Virus record (IMG/VR): IMGVR_UViG_3300034061_001913
Location: 10,217-74,216 of that record
Length of the DNA stretch: 64,000 bases
Direction: 5' to 3' (one strand)
From: a virus
Shown: in pieces, positions 9,649 to 19,434 of the stretch
Layout: each line of letters opens with the position of its first letter
How positions within the stretch are numbered: the first letter of the stretch is position 1
Notes under the pieces: model-generated
Database searches by the model: none
Seen by the model: the letters and a program-made list of their open reading frames with translations, nothing else
Told to the model about the DNA's origin: nothing
Translations under genes and position numbers: made by a program

Positions 9649-9878
9649 CAAACAATAAACAACAAACAGCGGTTCAAAGATTGATAGAACAATTAAGATT
9701 TACCCATAAAGAAGCGTATAATGATTTATATGAGGTAATTCAGCAAGCCTTAGAAATGGAAAAGGAACAGATAGTTGAAGCGTATAAAGAAGGTTATAGC
9801 GATGGTGATTTTTACGAAGATGAACGCTTAGATAAAGAGTTAGCAGAACAATACTACAAAGAAACTTATAAAAAATAA
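9645..9878 (+). CDS. Small KQTAV-family protein, copy 3
   Basis: MTNNKQQTAV...QALEMEKEQ...YYKETY. Confidence 0.75.
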   Translation: MTNNKQQTAVQRLIEQLRFTHKEAYNDLYEVIQQALEMEKEQIVEAYKEGYSDGDFYEDERLDKELAEQYYKETYKK

Positions 9879-9881
9879 AAT

Positions 9882-10547
9882 ATGGCACTATTAGTAGGAG
9901 TAATCGGTCCTTCAGGCGAAGGAAAATCAACCAGTATTAGAACATTAAATCCGGAAGAAACCATTATCATTGGTGTAGCCGGTAAGGAGCTACCGTTCAA
10001 AGGAGCTTCTAAAATGTACAGTTTAGACAAAAAGAATTATCTAGAAATCTCTACGTCTAAAGAAATTGTAGACTTGCTTAAAAACATAAGCGAGAAAGGT
10101 AAACACGTTAAGAATATTGTTATTGACGATATTCAGTATGTTATGGGTTTTGAATTTATGAAAAGAGCTACTGAGATTGGTTATACCAAATTCTCTCAGA
10201 TAGGTCAAAACATGTTCAACATTCTACACGCAGCTAGAGGTTTAAGAGCAGATCTTAAAGTATTTTGCTTAGGTCACTCAGAAACCGTAGAAGATGGCGG
10301 AGAGATTGTTGCTTATCAAATGAAGACAATTGGCAAAATGTTAACAAATAACATTAATTTAGAAGGTTTATTCACCATTTGTCTTTACACCTTTGCAGAA
10401 GAAGGTAAAAATGGTATGGAATATCACTTCCTTACAAATCGTTACAAGAAGCGTCCTGCAAAATCTCCTATGGGAATGTTTGATGATACAATGATTCCTA
10501 ATGATTTGCAACTTGTTTCAAATAAAATTGAAGAATATTACTCTTAA
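9882..10547 (+). CDS. AAA_24/Sak4-like P-loop ATPase
   Basis: GPSGEGKST, IVIDD, LGH and AKSPMGMF. Confidence 0.85.
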   Translation: MALLVGVIGPSGEGKSTSIRTLNPEETIIIGVAGKELPFKGASKMYSLDKKNYLEISTSKEIVDLLKNISEKGKHVKNIVIDDIQYVMGFEFMKRATEIGYTKFSQIGQNMFNILHAARGLRADLKVFCLGHSETVEDGGEIVAYQMKTIGKMLTNNINLEGLFTICLYTFAEEGKNGMEYHFLTNRYKKRPAKSPMGMFDDTMIPNDLQLVSNKIEEYYS

Positions 10548-10601
10548 TGAGAAATCACCAAAGACAACTAAATAACACAAACAAAAAAACAAAAAAGTAT
10601 T

Positions 10602-11435
10602 ATGGCAATTAATGTAAATGACGTAGAAGAAAACCAAGGTGGGTTTGAGAAAAAACTTTACACCGGTTATGCACCTGTTCAGATTGTAGCAGTTAACCCC
10701 AACGAAAAAGCACTAGCTAAATTATTCGATGTTGACGTAGAAAAAATCAAAGACCCTGCTTATGATAAGACTGAGGGCAAAATGAGACTAGATTTCTGGT
10801 ACAAGAATCATTCTTCTTGTGATACCGAACTCCTAGGCAAATTCAGCCTATGGGTAAACAATGATAGCGTTGTTGGCCAAAATAGCGGTAAAAAACAGTA
10901 TATAGATAATTATACTAAAACCGCTTGGGCTATCGACTTGGCATCTTTAAGCCAAGACCAACAAACAAAAGACCCTATGTATCGCCTAGATACAAAGACA
11001 ATCAGAGAAGCTAAAACTGGCGAAGAGGATGTTTACGAACTCCTTAAAGCTTATGCTAATGCTAGACCAAAAGAAAAGCCATTTGTGCTTGACTCTTGGG
11101 AAAGTATATCTAAAGGTAAAGTAGGAGAGTTGAAAGACTTCTTCGATGCCTTTAACCAAAAAGGTTCAGGTATCAAAGTTCCGCTAACTATCCGTGACGG
11201 AAAATATCAAAGTGTATTCACTAAAGGTATTATTCCTTTGAGCTCACCTGTAACCGACTATGTGAAGAAGAAGTTCCAAGGTCAGTATGGTTGTAAAGAT
11301 TTCTACGGAGATTCTTTTATCTTGAAAGAATTCGTGGATGATGATAACCCATTTTTTGCACCTGATGAGGAGCCAAACTACTCACCATCAAGTTCAGAAA
11401 ACAACTCAGCACCTGGAAGCACAGGATTGTTTTAA
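10602..11435 (+). CDS. Putative single-stranded DNA-binding protein
   Basis: Lies between the ATPase and primase; acidic low-complexity tail ending in LF. Confidence 0.5.
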   Translation: MAINVNDVEENQGGFEKKLYTGYAPVQIVAVNPNEKALAKLFDVDVEKIKDPAYDKTEGKMRLDFWYKNHSSCDTELLGKFSLWVNNDSVVGQNSGKKQYIDNYTKTAWAIDLASLSQDQQTKDPMYRLDTKTIREAKTGEEDVYELLKAYANARPKEKPFVLDSWESISKGKVGELKDFFDAFNQKGSGIKVPLTIRDGKYQSVFTKGIIPLSSPVTDYVKKKFQGQYGCKDFYGDSFILKEFVDDDNPFFAPDEEPNYSPSSSENNSAPGSTGLF

Positions 11436-11448
11436 GTTTTATTTAGGA

Positions 11449-11484
11449 ATAAAAGGGAAAGTCTTGTACTTTCCCTTTTTATTT
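11449..11484 (+). terminator. Intrinsic terminator
   Basis: AAAAGGGAAAGT/ACTTTCCCTTTT stem plus T tract. Confidence 0.75.
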
Positions 11485-11506
11485 AACCCAACACCAACTT
11501 TGTTTT

Positions 11507-12469
11507 ATGGATATAAATAGTATAGAAACGCTACCCACTATTCAAAAGGTTTATGACTTAATAGGACAAGAGAACATTATGTCTTTTTACTTGGAGTCTG
11601 TTAAGATAGGTAAGAGGTATGTCAATCCTTTTAGAGACGATAGAAACCCTAGTTGCTTTTTTAAGTGGACAAGTAAAGGCAATCTTTACTTTGTAGACTA
11701 TGCAACTGAGAAAGTGTATTTTAGTCCTTTAGACGTAGCTCAGCTTAAGACCGGTTATGAATTTCCAGAAGTCCTCTATAAGATAGAGTCTGACTTTAGG
11801 ATTAATGACTTGTCTATGCACGAGCTAGAATCTTTGAAACTAAAAGAAAAGGAACCTATAATCTTAGAACCTGCAGATATTAGAACAACTGGTTCTTACT
11901 TTAAGACAAAAGACTTAGAGTATTGGGAACAGTTTGGTATAACCCCTGATATTCTAAGCTTATATGACGTAAAGAAAGTTGAAAAGGCTTGGATAAATGG
12001 AAAGCTATGGTACATTAGAAATGATTTTGACCCTTGTTATCGTTACTTAGAAAAAGATAAGATTAAGCTTTATAGGCCATTTGCAGACAAGAAAATTAAG
12101 TTTCGTACTAACTTCTTTGGAGGCATGCTGGAAGGCTGGAATCAGCTTCCTGAACATGGAGACGAGCTAATTATTACAAAAGGAACTAAAGACGTAATGT
12201 GCCTGAAAAGTTGTGGAGTAAATGCTGTAGCTGTTAGAAGTGAGAACACTCCTATTAGCGAGAATGCATTTAATCTTCTAAAGTCTAGATTCAAAAACAT
12301 AAAAATATGGTACGATAACGATGGACCGGGACAAAAAGCTTGTAAAAAAATGGTAGAGATGTATGACTTGGAATGCATAATGCACGACACAAGTTTACCA
12401 AAAGACCCTTCAGATATATACAAAGAGTTGGGCAAAGAAAAAGTACTCGAATTAATAAAACATGGATAA
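11507..12469 (+). CDS. dnaG: DNA primase (TOPRIM)
   Basis: NPFRDDRNPSC, IITKGTKDVM and WYDNDGPG motifs. Confidence 0.85.
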   Translation: MDINSIETLPTIQKVYDLIGQENIMSFYLESVKIGKRYVNPFRDDRNPSCFFKWTSKGNLYFVDYATEKVYFSPLDVAQLKTGYEFPEVLYKIESDFRINDLSMHELESLKLKEKEPIILEPADIRTTGSYFKTKDLEYWEQFGITPDILSLYDVKKVEKAWINGKLWYIRNDFDPCYRYLEKDKIKLYRPFADKKIKFRTNFFGGMLEGWNQLPEHGDELIITKGTKDVMCLKSCGVNAVAVRSENTPISENAFNLLKSRFKNIKIWYDNDGPGQKACKKMVEMYDLECIMHDTSLPKDPSDIYKELGKEKVLELIKHG

Positions 12470-13085
12470 CACAGTTGTAAAAGAAAATTCCGCAGTCGTG
12501 GAAAGAGAAATACCAGGATACTTAAAAGAAAAAGACCTTATACGAAAAGTTTCTAGTAAAGTTAAAAAAGAACTAAACCTAGATGTACTGAACGAAGATC
12601 TAACAGATTGCCTATACGGTGTACTAAAAGAATGCATGGCTGAGAACCTAGCTTTTATGTATTTTCAACCAGAAAAGTATGAAGAGTTTACATTACCACA
12701 TGGAATAAGTCTAGACATGATGCTCTTAAATCTAAAAGATTATGAAGCAAAGCGAAATTTTGAGAAGCTTGTAGAGTTTTTCTTTAAGGTAAAGTGGCTA
12801 AGAATTGCTTCAAAAACAAGAAAGAGAGAAATAGTTATCCCTAGACAGTTTGTAGAAACATGGCTTGTAGACAACACTAATTGGAGCCTAAAAGAAGTAG
12901 GCGCATTTATGGGCAACAGAGACCATTCTACAGTAATACACTCTTCGATGGCAGTAAGAGATAGTATTAGTGTAGATAGAAAGCAACTTAACTATTGGAA
13001 TAACTTTAATGAATTTTTAAATGTCTATATTAAACCAGATACTTCCGAAAGAGTGGGCCAACCTCATCACAGAGCAAGAAAATGA
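12462..13085 (+). CDS. Protein with a C-terminal DnaA domain IV-like HTH
   Basis: RKREIVIPRQ...SLKEVGAFMGNRDHSTVIHS matches the DnaA C-terminal signature. Confidence 0.8.
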   Translation: MDNTVVKENSAVVEREIPGYLKEKDLIRKVSSKVKKELNLDVLNEDLTDCLYGVLKECMAENLAFMYFQPEKYEEFTLPHGISLDMMLLNLKDYEAKRNFEKLVEFFFKVKWLRIASKTRKREIVIPRQFVETWLVDNTNWSLKEVGAFMGNRDHSTVIHSSMAVRDSISVDRKQLNYWNNFNEFLNVYIKPDTSERVGQPHHRARK

Positions 13086-13707
13086 GCTTCTTAAAATAGG
13101 AACTTATATAGCTGAGAGAAGAACTCAGTGTAATGTCTTTCCTAAATCTGAAGAAGTGTTTAGAGCTTTCTGGGAAACCCCTCTAGATAAAGTAAGAGTA
13201 ATTATGCTCTCAATGGACCCTTATCCTAACTTGTATAAAGGAGAGCCAGTAGCTTGCGGATTATCGTTTGCTCCTAGGAATCCTAGTTATGTACCACCTT
13301 CTCTTAGAATCATATCTAGGTGTATCCAAGAAGACCTAGGAGAAGGAGAACTTGATTGGCAAAATTTACCAAAAGAGGGAGTGCTTTTACTAAATGCAGC
13401 TTTGACTGTAGAAGAGAAGTCGCCAGGCTCACACTTAAAACTTTGGGAAAACTTTACTCTAGGTGTTATAAAAGCACTACAGCAGTACAACACTGGGCTA
13501 ATCTTTGTCTTGTTAGGCAAGGATGCTCAGAAGTTTAAACCTGCTATCAACTCTTCCTTTAATTACGTATTAGAAAGACCACATCCTGTATCAGAAGTGT
13601 ACTCAGGAACTAAGTGGCAACACAATAATCTTTGGTCCGAAATTAACAATATAACAAAAGGACTAAATGGAGAAACAGTACAATGGTTGAAACCTGTAGA
13701 AGGTTAG
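13021..13707 (+). CDS. ung: Uracil-DNA glycosylase, family 1
   Basis: MDPYP, ACGLSF, PPSL, GVLLLNAALTV, SH and HP motifs. Confidence 0.88.
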   Translation: MSILNQILPKEWANLITEQENELLKIGTYIAERRTQCNVFPKSEEVFRAFWETPLDKVRVIMLSMDPYPNLYKGEPVACGLSFAPRNPSYVPPSLRIISRCIQEDLGEGELDWQNLPKEGVLLLNAALTVEEKSPGSHLKLWENFTLGVIKALQQYNTGLIFVLLGKDAQKFKPAINSSFNYVLERPHPVSEVYSGTKWQHNNLWSEINNITKGLNGETVQWLKPVEG

Positions 13708-13729
13708 TCTGTACTAAAATAAGTTTTAT

Positions 13730-13933
13730 ATGAAATACTTAGCAATTTGTCACGATTGCGGAAAACTCTTAGGAGAGACTAAAGAGTTCCAAGAAGAAGA
13801 ACTCAAAGATAATATGGGGCAAGTAATGAAACTTGCTTCATTCTCTTTTAAAGAATGTCCTCGTTGTGGCTCAGAGAAAATTAATCTAAAAAAAGATTAT
13901 TTTAACCTTGAAAATGAAGAAAAAGAAACTTAA
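13730..13933 (+). CDS. Small zinc-ribbon protein
   Basis: CHDCG...CPRCGS. Confidence 0.65.
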   Translation: MKYLAICHDCGKLLGETKEFQEEELKDNMGQVMKLASFSFKECPRCGSEKINLKKDYFNLENEEKET

Positions 13934-13938
13934 CTTTG
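13908..13938 (+). promoter_or_regulatory. Bacteroidota-type promoter
   Basis: TTG-N20-TAACTTTG before ATG 13962. Confidence 0.6.
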
Positions 13939-13961
13939 AAAATTAAAAACAAAAAAAACTA

Positions 13962-14822
13962 ATGGCAATCGCAAATTTTAAACAAGTAGAAGGTACTATT
14001 TCAGTAGATGAAATGCTTACTGCATCCGGAACCAACTGGAACGTAGTAAAGAAACCTTTAGTAACACAAGAGGGTTGGACAACAGACTCTTATGGAGTCT
14101 TTAGAGAAGATACAGGAGCTTATCTAGCTACTGTAGGTAATCGCTATACCCCTACACAAAACAGAGACTTATTGAGTCTTTTACATCAAGCAGCAGAACA
14201 TGCTCACATAACCATTTCTAGAGGAGGTACAATTTCTCAAGGCAAAAGGGTGTTTTATCAATTGAGCCTGGGAGAAGATAAAATCGGAAACAGCGTACTT
14301 AAGCGTTGGTTGACAGCTTTGAACTCTCATGACGGACAAACTCCTTTGGGCTTTGGTACTACTAACGTAGTTGTAGTTTGTCAAAATACTTTCTTTAAAT
14401 CTCTTTCTGAGGTTAACAAAGTAAGACACACTCCCGGAAGCTACGATAGAATTTCTATTATTGTGCAATCAATGTCTGATGCTATCCTACAAGAAACCTT
14501 GCTAGTAGAGCAATTTAAAACTATGAGTGGTGTTTATGTACCTTCAAAGGTTGATGATGATTTCCTAAGAGCTATTCTAGGTGTAAACGAAAACACTAGA
14601 AGTGATAACAGACTTATCACTTTAAAAGAGTCTATTGCTAAGGACATTAATATTCATGGCAGTACTCAATGGGGATTGTTTAACGGAGTAACTAGATTTA
14701 CTACTCACCACGATAACGTAAAGGATCGTGCTAGAAGTGTAATGGAAGGCTCTGGTTTTAAAATCAATAACAATGCTCTTGAGTTGGTATCTGCTATGTC
14801 TAGCTTTTCTACTTCAATGTAA
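13962..14822 (+). CDS. DUF932 family phage/plasmid protein
   Basis: VGNRYTPTQN, NSHDG, VVCQNTF, RHT and WGLFNGVT. Confidence 0.85.
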   Translation: MAIANFKQVEGTISVDEMLTASGTNWNVVKKPLVTQEGWTTDSYGVFREDTGAYLATVGNRYTPTQNRDLLSLLHQAAEHAHITISRGGTISQGKRVFYQLSLGEDKIGNSVLKRWLTALNSHDGQTPLGFGTTNVVVVCQNTFFKSLSEVNKVRHTPGSYDRISIIVQSMSDAILQETLLVEQFKTMSGVYVPSKVDDDFLRAILGVNENTRSDNRLITLKESIAKDINIHGSTQWGLFNGVTRFTTHHDNVKDRARSVMEGSGFKINNNALELVSAMSSFSTSM

Positions 14823-14827
14823 GTACT

Positions 14828-15109
14828 GTGGCAAAAAGTTATTATTTTATTTTTGGCGAAGAGGCTTCAGATATTATTGCTAGAGCTGGTTTTAGTTACT
14901 TTCTAGAAAATATGGAAGATATTCCACACGGTATCTATCACTTTAAAGATGGAGACTCTCCTTTTAAACTTCTTGATAGTTACACAGGATGGAATGACTT
15001 TTATATAATAACTGAGTCAGAGTGGGAACAATACCACGAAGAATTAAATAGTAAAGCATCTCAGGAAACTGAACAGCCTATAAATAGAGAAGATAATTTC
15101 ATTATCTGA
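14828..15109 (+). CDS. Hypothetical acidic protein
   Basis: GTG-start ORF followed by a terminator. Confidence 0.6.
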   Translation: MAKSYYFIFGEEASDIIARAGFSYFLENMEDIPHGIYHFKDGDSPFKLLDSYTGWNDFYIITESEWEQYHEELNSKASQETEQPINREDNFII

Positions 15110-15119
15110 TTTAAATGTG

Positions 15120-15150
15120 AAAAAGGGGAGAAGCAATTCTCCCTTTTTTC
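15120..15150 (+). terminator. Intrinsic terminator
   Basis: GGGAGAA-GCAA-TTCTCCC plus T tract. Confidence 0.75.
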
Positions 15151-15190
15151 TTGTTATGCCTTTACATATATTTGCCTCAACTAATAAGCT

Positions 15191-15841
15191 ATGCTTAATA
15201 AAACAGTAAAACCCAAAAAAACTCCTATCAAAGGAGAGATTATAAAACACAAAGAACAGAAACCTTGTTCAGATTGTGGTAAAATAAAACCTTTAGCCAA
15301 TAAGACAAAAAGGTTATGTGCTACTTGTCTTGTAAAGCAAAGAAAAGAAAAACAAAAATCTCGCAAGGAATACAAGAAAAGAATCAAACAAGAGACCATA
15401 ACTCAAAGTAGATTAGACCAAGTAACCTCTTGGTTAGTTAGAGCTGCACATGAAGAAAAGTGTCACTCTTGCGAAATTCCACTAGACCCTAAGCAAAGCC
15501 AATGTTGTCACTTTGTAGGAAGAACTAAAGGCCCTACTCGCTACAATCTATTAAATTTACTTCCAGGATGTAGGACTTGTAATTTATTTACTCCTCATCA
15601 CGTTTGGAACTTAGGTAAGACTTTAAATAAACTATGGGGAGACGACACTACTGAGAAAATGTTACAACTCTCAACTAGACATTTAAAACTGAGTAACAAC
15701 GACAGAAAAATGATTTACGACATCTTCAAACATTATTTAGATAAAATTCATGACGGTAATTACTCTCAAGACGAGAAGTATTCACTAATCCTTGAAGCTC
15801 AATCTAAATACGAGAAGATTGTCAATTCACTTATTTCATGA
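15191..15841 (+). CDS. NinG/Rap-like HNH-type endonuclease
   Basis: CxxC...QCCHFVGR...RYNLLN...CxxCN. Confidence 0.75.
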   Translation: MLNKTVKPKKTPIKGEIIKHKEQKPCSDCGKIKPLANKTKRLCATCLVKQRKEKQKSRKEYKKRIKQETITQSRLDQVTSWLVRAAHEEKCHSCEIPLDPKQSQCCHFVGRTKGPTRYNLLNLLPGCRTCNLFTPHHVWNLGKTLNKLWGDDTTEKMLQLSTRHLKLSNNDRKMIYDIFKHYLDKIHDGNYSQDEKYSLILEAQSKYEKIVNSLIS

Positions 15842-15848
15842 AACCTTT

Positions 15849-17834
15849 ATGAGGTATTTAATTTCAGCACAACAACAACTACCTTCACCTAATTACCAGA
15901 CATGCACAGTAAAAGAAAGTTTAGATTATCTTAATAGTTTAGACGAAATAGCCGTAGATACCGAAACTCTTGGCTTTGATCCTTATACTTGTGCACTTAT
16001 AAGTATTCAATTAGGTGATAGGAATAATCAGTATTTTATTGACACAGGAACTATTAATATTCAACAATACAAAACGTTACTGGAAACTAAGCTGCTTGTC
16101 ATGCAGAATGGCAAGTTTGACCTTAGATTTCTTTATCATAATCGTATTGTACCGTCACGCATTTATGACACTTATTTAGCAGAAAGAACTCTTTATCTTG
16201 GTATTGACTCACACAGAGCTGGTTTAGACAGCTTATGTATGGAGTATCTAGGAATTATGTTAGATAAAGAAGAACGCAAGAACATTTCTGCTCGTCTTAC
16301 CGAATCTTTAATAGTCTATGGCTGTAAAGATGTAGAATATCTTCTAGAGATCAAAAGGATTCAACAAGGATTCATTAAAGAAAAAGGACTAGAAGTCTCA
16401 ATTGAACTGGATAATCGCTTTGTAAAAGTTCTAGCTTATATAGAGTATTGCGGAATCAAACTAGACGCAGAGAAATGGAAAGCTAAGATTGAATCCGCTA
16501 AGAAAGAAATGGTCAATTATAAAAATCTCTTAGATGAGTTTATCCGAGAGAACAATATGAAAGAATTCATTAACTTTCAAGGCGACTTATTTAATTCAGA
16601 ACTCTCCGTAGTTATTAATTGGAACTCACCTAAACAGGTTATTCGTTTCTTTAACTTAATTGGAGTAAACACTAAAGTTAAAGACAAAGGCGAATACAAG
16701 GATACAGTAGAACAAGGACATCTTATTAAATTTGCAAAGAAGTTTCCAATTATAGAAACTTACTGCAAGTATAAGGAATGTCAAAAGGACTTAAGTACCT
16801 ACGGTGAAAACTGGTTCAAACTAATTAACCCTGTTAGCGGAAGAGTACATACTCAGTTTAAACAACTGATGAATACTGGTCGACTATCTTCTGGCGGTAA
16901 AGATAAAATAATGAAAGTAGAACTACCTAATATGCAAAATATTCCTTCTGACGAAGAAACAAGAAGTTGTTTCGTAGCAGATAAAGGTAACTTGCTTATA
17001 GGGGTAGACTATTCTGGTCAAGAACAAGTAGTTCTAGCTAATCGTTCTATGGATAGAAACCTTTTAGAATTCTATGATAAGGGTCTTGGAGACATGCATT
17101 CGTTTGTTGCTTCAAAGATGCACAGAGAACTAGAAGGACTAACTCTAGATGAGATTAAGAAAAAACATAAGGATAAAAGACAAGCAGCTAAGGTTGCTGG
17201 CTTTGCAATCGGTTATGGCGGCTCTCCAACTGCTATAGCAGATCAACTACAAGTAAGTGAAGAACAAGCTCAAGAAGTTTACAACGGATACTTTGAGGCT
17301 TTTCCAGGACTCAAAGAATATTTCGATAAAACAAAACAAGAAGGACTTAAAAATGGTTATGTACTAATCTCTCCAGAAACAGGAAAGAAATGTTACATAA
17401 ATTATTATGAAGAGTTCTTAGAAGTACAGAAAGAATTCACTAAAGACTTTTGGACAAGATACAAAAAGCTAAAAGAAAAAGGTTTTGAGTCTCCTACCTT
17501 TTTAGAAATGAAAGACAAGGTATCTAAGTATTTCACAAAGAAAGGTGAAATAGAAAGGATGTCTCTCAACTATCCTATTCAGGGTTCCTCAGCAGAAATT
17601 ACAAAACTCTCAGCAGTTTATTTTTGGGATGAATATCTTGTGCCTAATAATTTGCTTTTTATCGTTAAATTTGTGAATGTCATTCACGATGAAAACCTTA
17701 TTGAAGCACCTGAAGAACTTACTGAAGAAGCTTGTAAGGAACTTATTAGATGTATGGAAAAATCAGGAGAAAAGTTCTGCAAAAGAGTTCCTCTTAAAGC
17801 AGAACCAGCCATTGCAACATTTTGGCGGAAATAA
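15849..17834 (+). CDS. polA: Family A DNA polymerase with 3'-5' exonuclease
   Basis: VDTET, NGKFDL, TGRLSS, DYSGQE, RQAAKVAGFAIGYG, NYPIQG and IHDE; ATG 15849 preferred. Confidence 0.95.
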   Translation: MRYLISAQQQLPSPNYQTCTVKESLDYLNSLDEIAVDTETLGFDPYTCALISIQLGDRNNQYFIDTGTINIQQYKTLLETKLLVMQNGKFDLRFLYHNRIVPSRIYDTYLAERTLYLGIDSHRAGLDSLCMEYLGIMLDKEERKNISARLTESLIVYGCKDVEYLLEIKRIQQGFIKEKGLEVSIELDNRFVKVLAYIEYCGIKLDAEKWKAKIESAKKEMVNYKNLLDEFIRENNMKEFINFQGDLFNSELSVVINWNSPKQVIRFFNLIGVNTKVKDKGEYKDTVEQGHLIKFAKKFPIIETYCKYKECQKDLSTYGENWFKLINPVSGRVHTQFKQLMNTGRLSSGGKDKIMKVELPNMQNIPSDEETRSCFVADKGNLLIGVDYSGQEQVVLANRSMDRNLLEFYDKGLGDMHSFVASKMHRELEGLTLDEIKKKHKDKRQAAKVAGFAIGYGGSPTAIADQLQVSEEQAQEVYNGYFEAFPGLKEYFDKTKQEGLKNGYVLISPETGKKCYINYYEEFLEVQKEFTKDFWTRYKKLKEKGFESPTFLEMKDKVSKYFTKKGEIERMSLNYPIQGSSAEITKLSAVYFWDEYLVPNNLLFIVKFVNVIHDENLIEAPEELTEEACKELIRCMEKSGEKFCKRVPLKAEPAIATFWRK

Positions 17835-17857
17835 TAATTGTTGGAAAAAATAAAAAT

Positions 17858-18112
17858 ATGAACATTACAGTACTAGGACAAACCGTATGTATGGAAGGAA
17901 TTAGAGTGATTAGAAAAGAACTAAAAGTTTACACTCTATTCTTTCCAGACGAAGAAACAGAAAGCAGCTATGAAAACGCTGAAAAGACTTACTTACCTAC
18001 CGGATTATTAATTGATAAGATAGTCGGTAAAACTTTTCATGGAGAAGAGTATGAAGACTTTGTAGAAGTCAACCTTAACAAAATAATAGAATATGGAATT
18101 CAATCTAGATAG
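17858..18112 (+). CDS. Hypothetical protein
   Basis: ORF; ATG 17858 preferred over TTG 17822. Confidence 0.55.
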   Translation: MNITVLGQTVCMEGIRVIRKELKVYTLFFPDEETESSYENAEKTYLPTGLLIDKIVGKTFHGEEYEDFVEVNLNKIIEYGIQSR

Positions 18113-18236
18113 TTTCAAGATAAAAATAATTGAAACAGCCGAACACATTACTTTCTATATATACAACAGAGCAGGTACTTACTTACTAAAGAAAGAAACC
18201 TACGACAAAAAGAAGTTGCTATATGAAGACTCCTAA
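18093..18236 (+). CDS. 47-aa ORF missing from the track
   Basis: MEFNLDSFKIKII...LLYEDS fills the gap between its neighbours. Confidence 0.5.
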   Translation: MEFNLDSFKIKIIETAEHITFYIYNRAGTYLLKKETYDKKKLLYEDS

Positions 18237-18513
18237 CTTAACAGATAAAGACCAACAAGCCCTTAAAGACATAAGAAAAGCTTACTTGTTGGCTAAAACC
18301 GCAGCAACCATGCTTGAATATATCAAACACGATATAAGTAAAGAGCTAAGGACTGCTGCTTTAGAGGCCAAAGCAAAAAACAATTACTTTGTAAAGTTAG
18401 TTGACGAGGCTTTTGTAAAAAACAAAGTACCAAAAACATTTATAGAGTCAGAAGACGAGCTAAGTTTTGACTTCCTAGAAACTCTATACGAACCTAAAGT
18501 AAAAATGTCATGA
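18223..18513 (+). CDS. Hypothetical protein
   Basis: ORF. Confidence 0.6.
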   Translation: MKTPNLTDKDQQALKDIRKAYLLAKTAATMLEYIKHDISKELRTAALEAKAKNNYFVKLVDEAFVKNKVPKTFIESEDELSFDFLETLYEPKVKMS

Positions 18514-18724
18514 CACTAAAAGAATATATTGACCACTTAAACAATATTATTGAAAATAATCCCCAAGCTGGGGATTTTTTAGTCATTTACGCTTGTGATG
18601 ATGAAGGTAACTCTTTCCACAAGACAAACTTTCCTCCTGCAATAATGCCGTAAAAGACACTGAGACACTATACGATCTACAACTTGATAGGTCGGCTGAA
18701 CCAAATGTAATATGCATAAATTAA
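18510..18724 (+). pseudogene. Apparently frameshifted small gene (DDEGN...VICIN type)
   Basis: Frame stops at 18653; a shifted frame continues VKDTET...PNVICIN to 18724. Confidence 0.55.
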
Positions 18725-18728
18725 AAGT

Positions 18729-18986
18729 ATGGACAATAAAGAAGAATTAGAAGACAACAGCATGGACAGTGTAACAATTGCAGATTGTGTATTCATGCTA
18801 TTAACCATCTTACCAGATGGCAATATTCATTACGTAGATGTAAATTCAGACGACTTAGCTGAATTTCTAAGAGAAAAAAAAGAATTTAAAGTATTAGAAG
18901 GTGCTATAGGCTACGTCCAAGAAGTAGATTCAGACCCTTCTATTTCTTTTCCTACTTCACCAAAAGACCGTAGAGATATTAACTAA
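18729..18986 (+). CDS. Hypothetical protein
   Basis: ORF. Confidence 0.6.
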   Translation: MDNKEELEDNSMDSVTIADCVFMLLTILPDGNIHYVDVNSDDLAEFLREKKEFKVLEGAIGYVQEVDSDPSISFPTSPKDRRDIN

Positions 18987-18987
18987 T

Positions 18988-19434
18988 ATGCCTAACTGGT
19001 GTTCTAATTTTATACAAACAGATAACGAAGACGTTATTGTTGTATTTAACTATTTAGCAAAGAAAGAAAAAGAAGAAGGTCGAGGACAAACTTTGGACTA
19101 CTTTGCAGATGATAGACTTTTGTTTAGTATTGTAGTAGAAGACAGCTATATTAACTGTGAAACAAGGTGGAGTCCTCCTATAGACACAATTCTTAATTTA
19201 TCTAAAAGATTTGATTGTAGGGTTGAACTAGATTATGATGAGCCAGGTTGTCTTCTTTTTGGTAAATACATAGCTGACAAAGGTGAAGAAACAGCCTACT
19301 TCTTAACAGACAAGGATTTTGATTTATTCGAATATGACGAAGACAAAAACAGTTATATGTTTGAAGGAGAAGAATGGGAGTCAGACTCAGACATTAAAGA
19401 GTTATTACTAGAAAGGAAAATGAATGGAAATTGA
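18988..19434 (+). CDS. DUF1281/YubB (Api92-like ferredoxin fold) protein
   Basis: MPNWCSN start, ETRWSPP and YDEPG. Confidence 0.75.
   Translation: MPNWCSNFIQTDNEDVIVVFNYLAKKEKEEGRGQTLDYFADDRLLFSIVVEDSYINCETRWSPPIDTILNLSKRFDCRVELDYDEPGCLLFGKYIADKGEETAYFLTDKDFDLFEYDEDKNSYMFEGEEWESDSDIKELLLERKMNGN

Larger units (their letters stand above)
9055..9670 (+). repeat. Direct repeats at gene junctions
   Basis: TACGGAGGTAACAAATGA at 9055-9072 and 9204-9221; CAATGACAAACAATAAACAACAAACAGC at 9419-9446 and 9643-9670. Confidence 0.9.

Noticed and set aside
9055-9670. CRISPR-like array
   Set aside because: Only two copies of each repeat, about 150-225 nt apart and inside coding junctions; no cas genes.
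15151-15174. Promoter upstream of the NinG-like gene
   Set aside because: TATATTTG is present but the nearest TTG is only 13 nt upstream; plausible but not listed.
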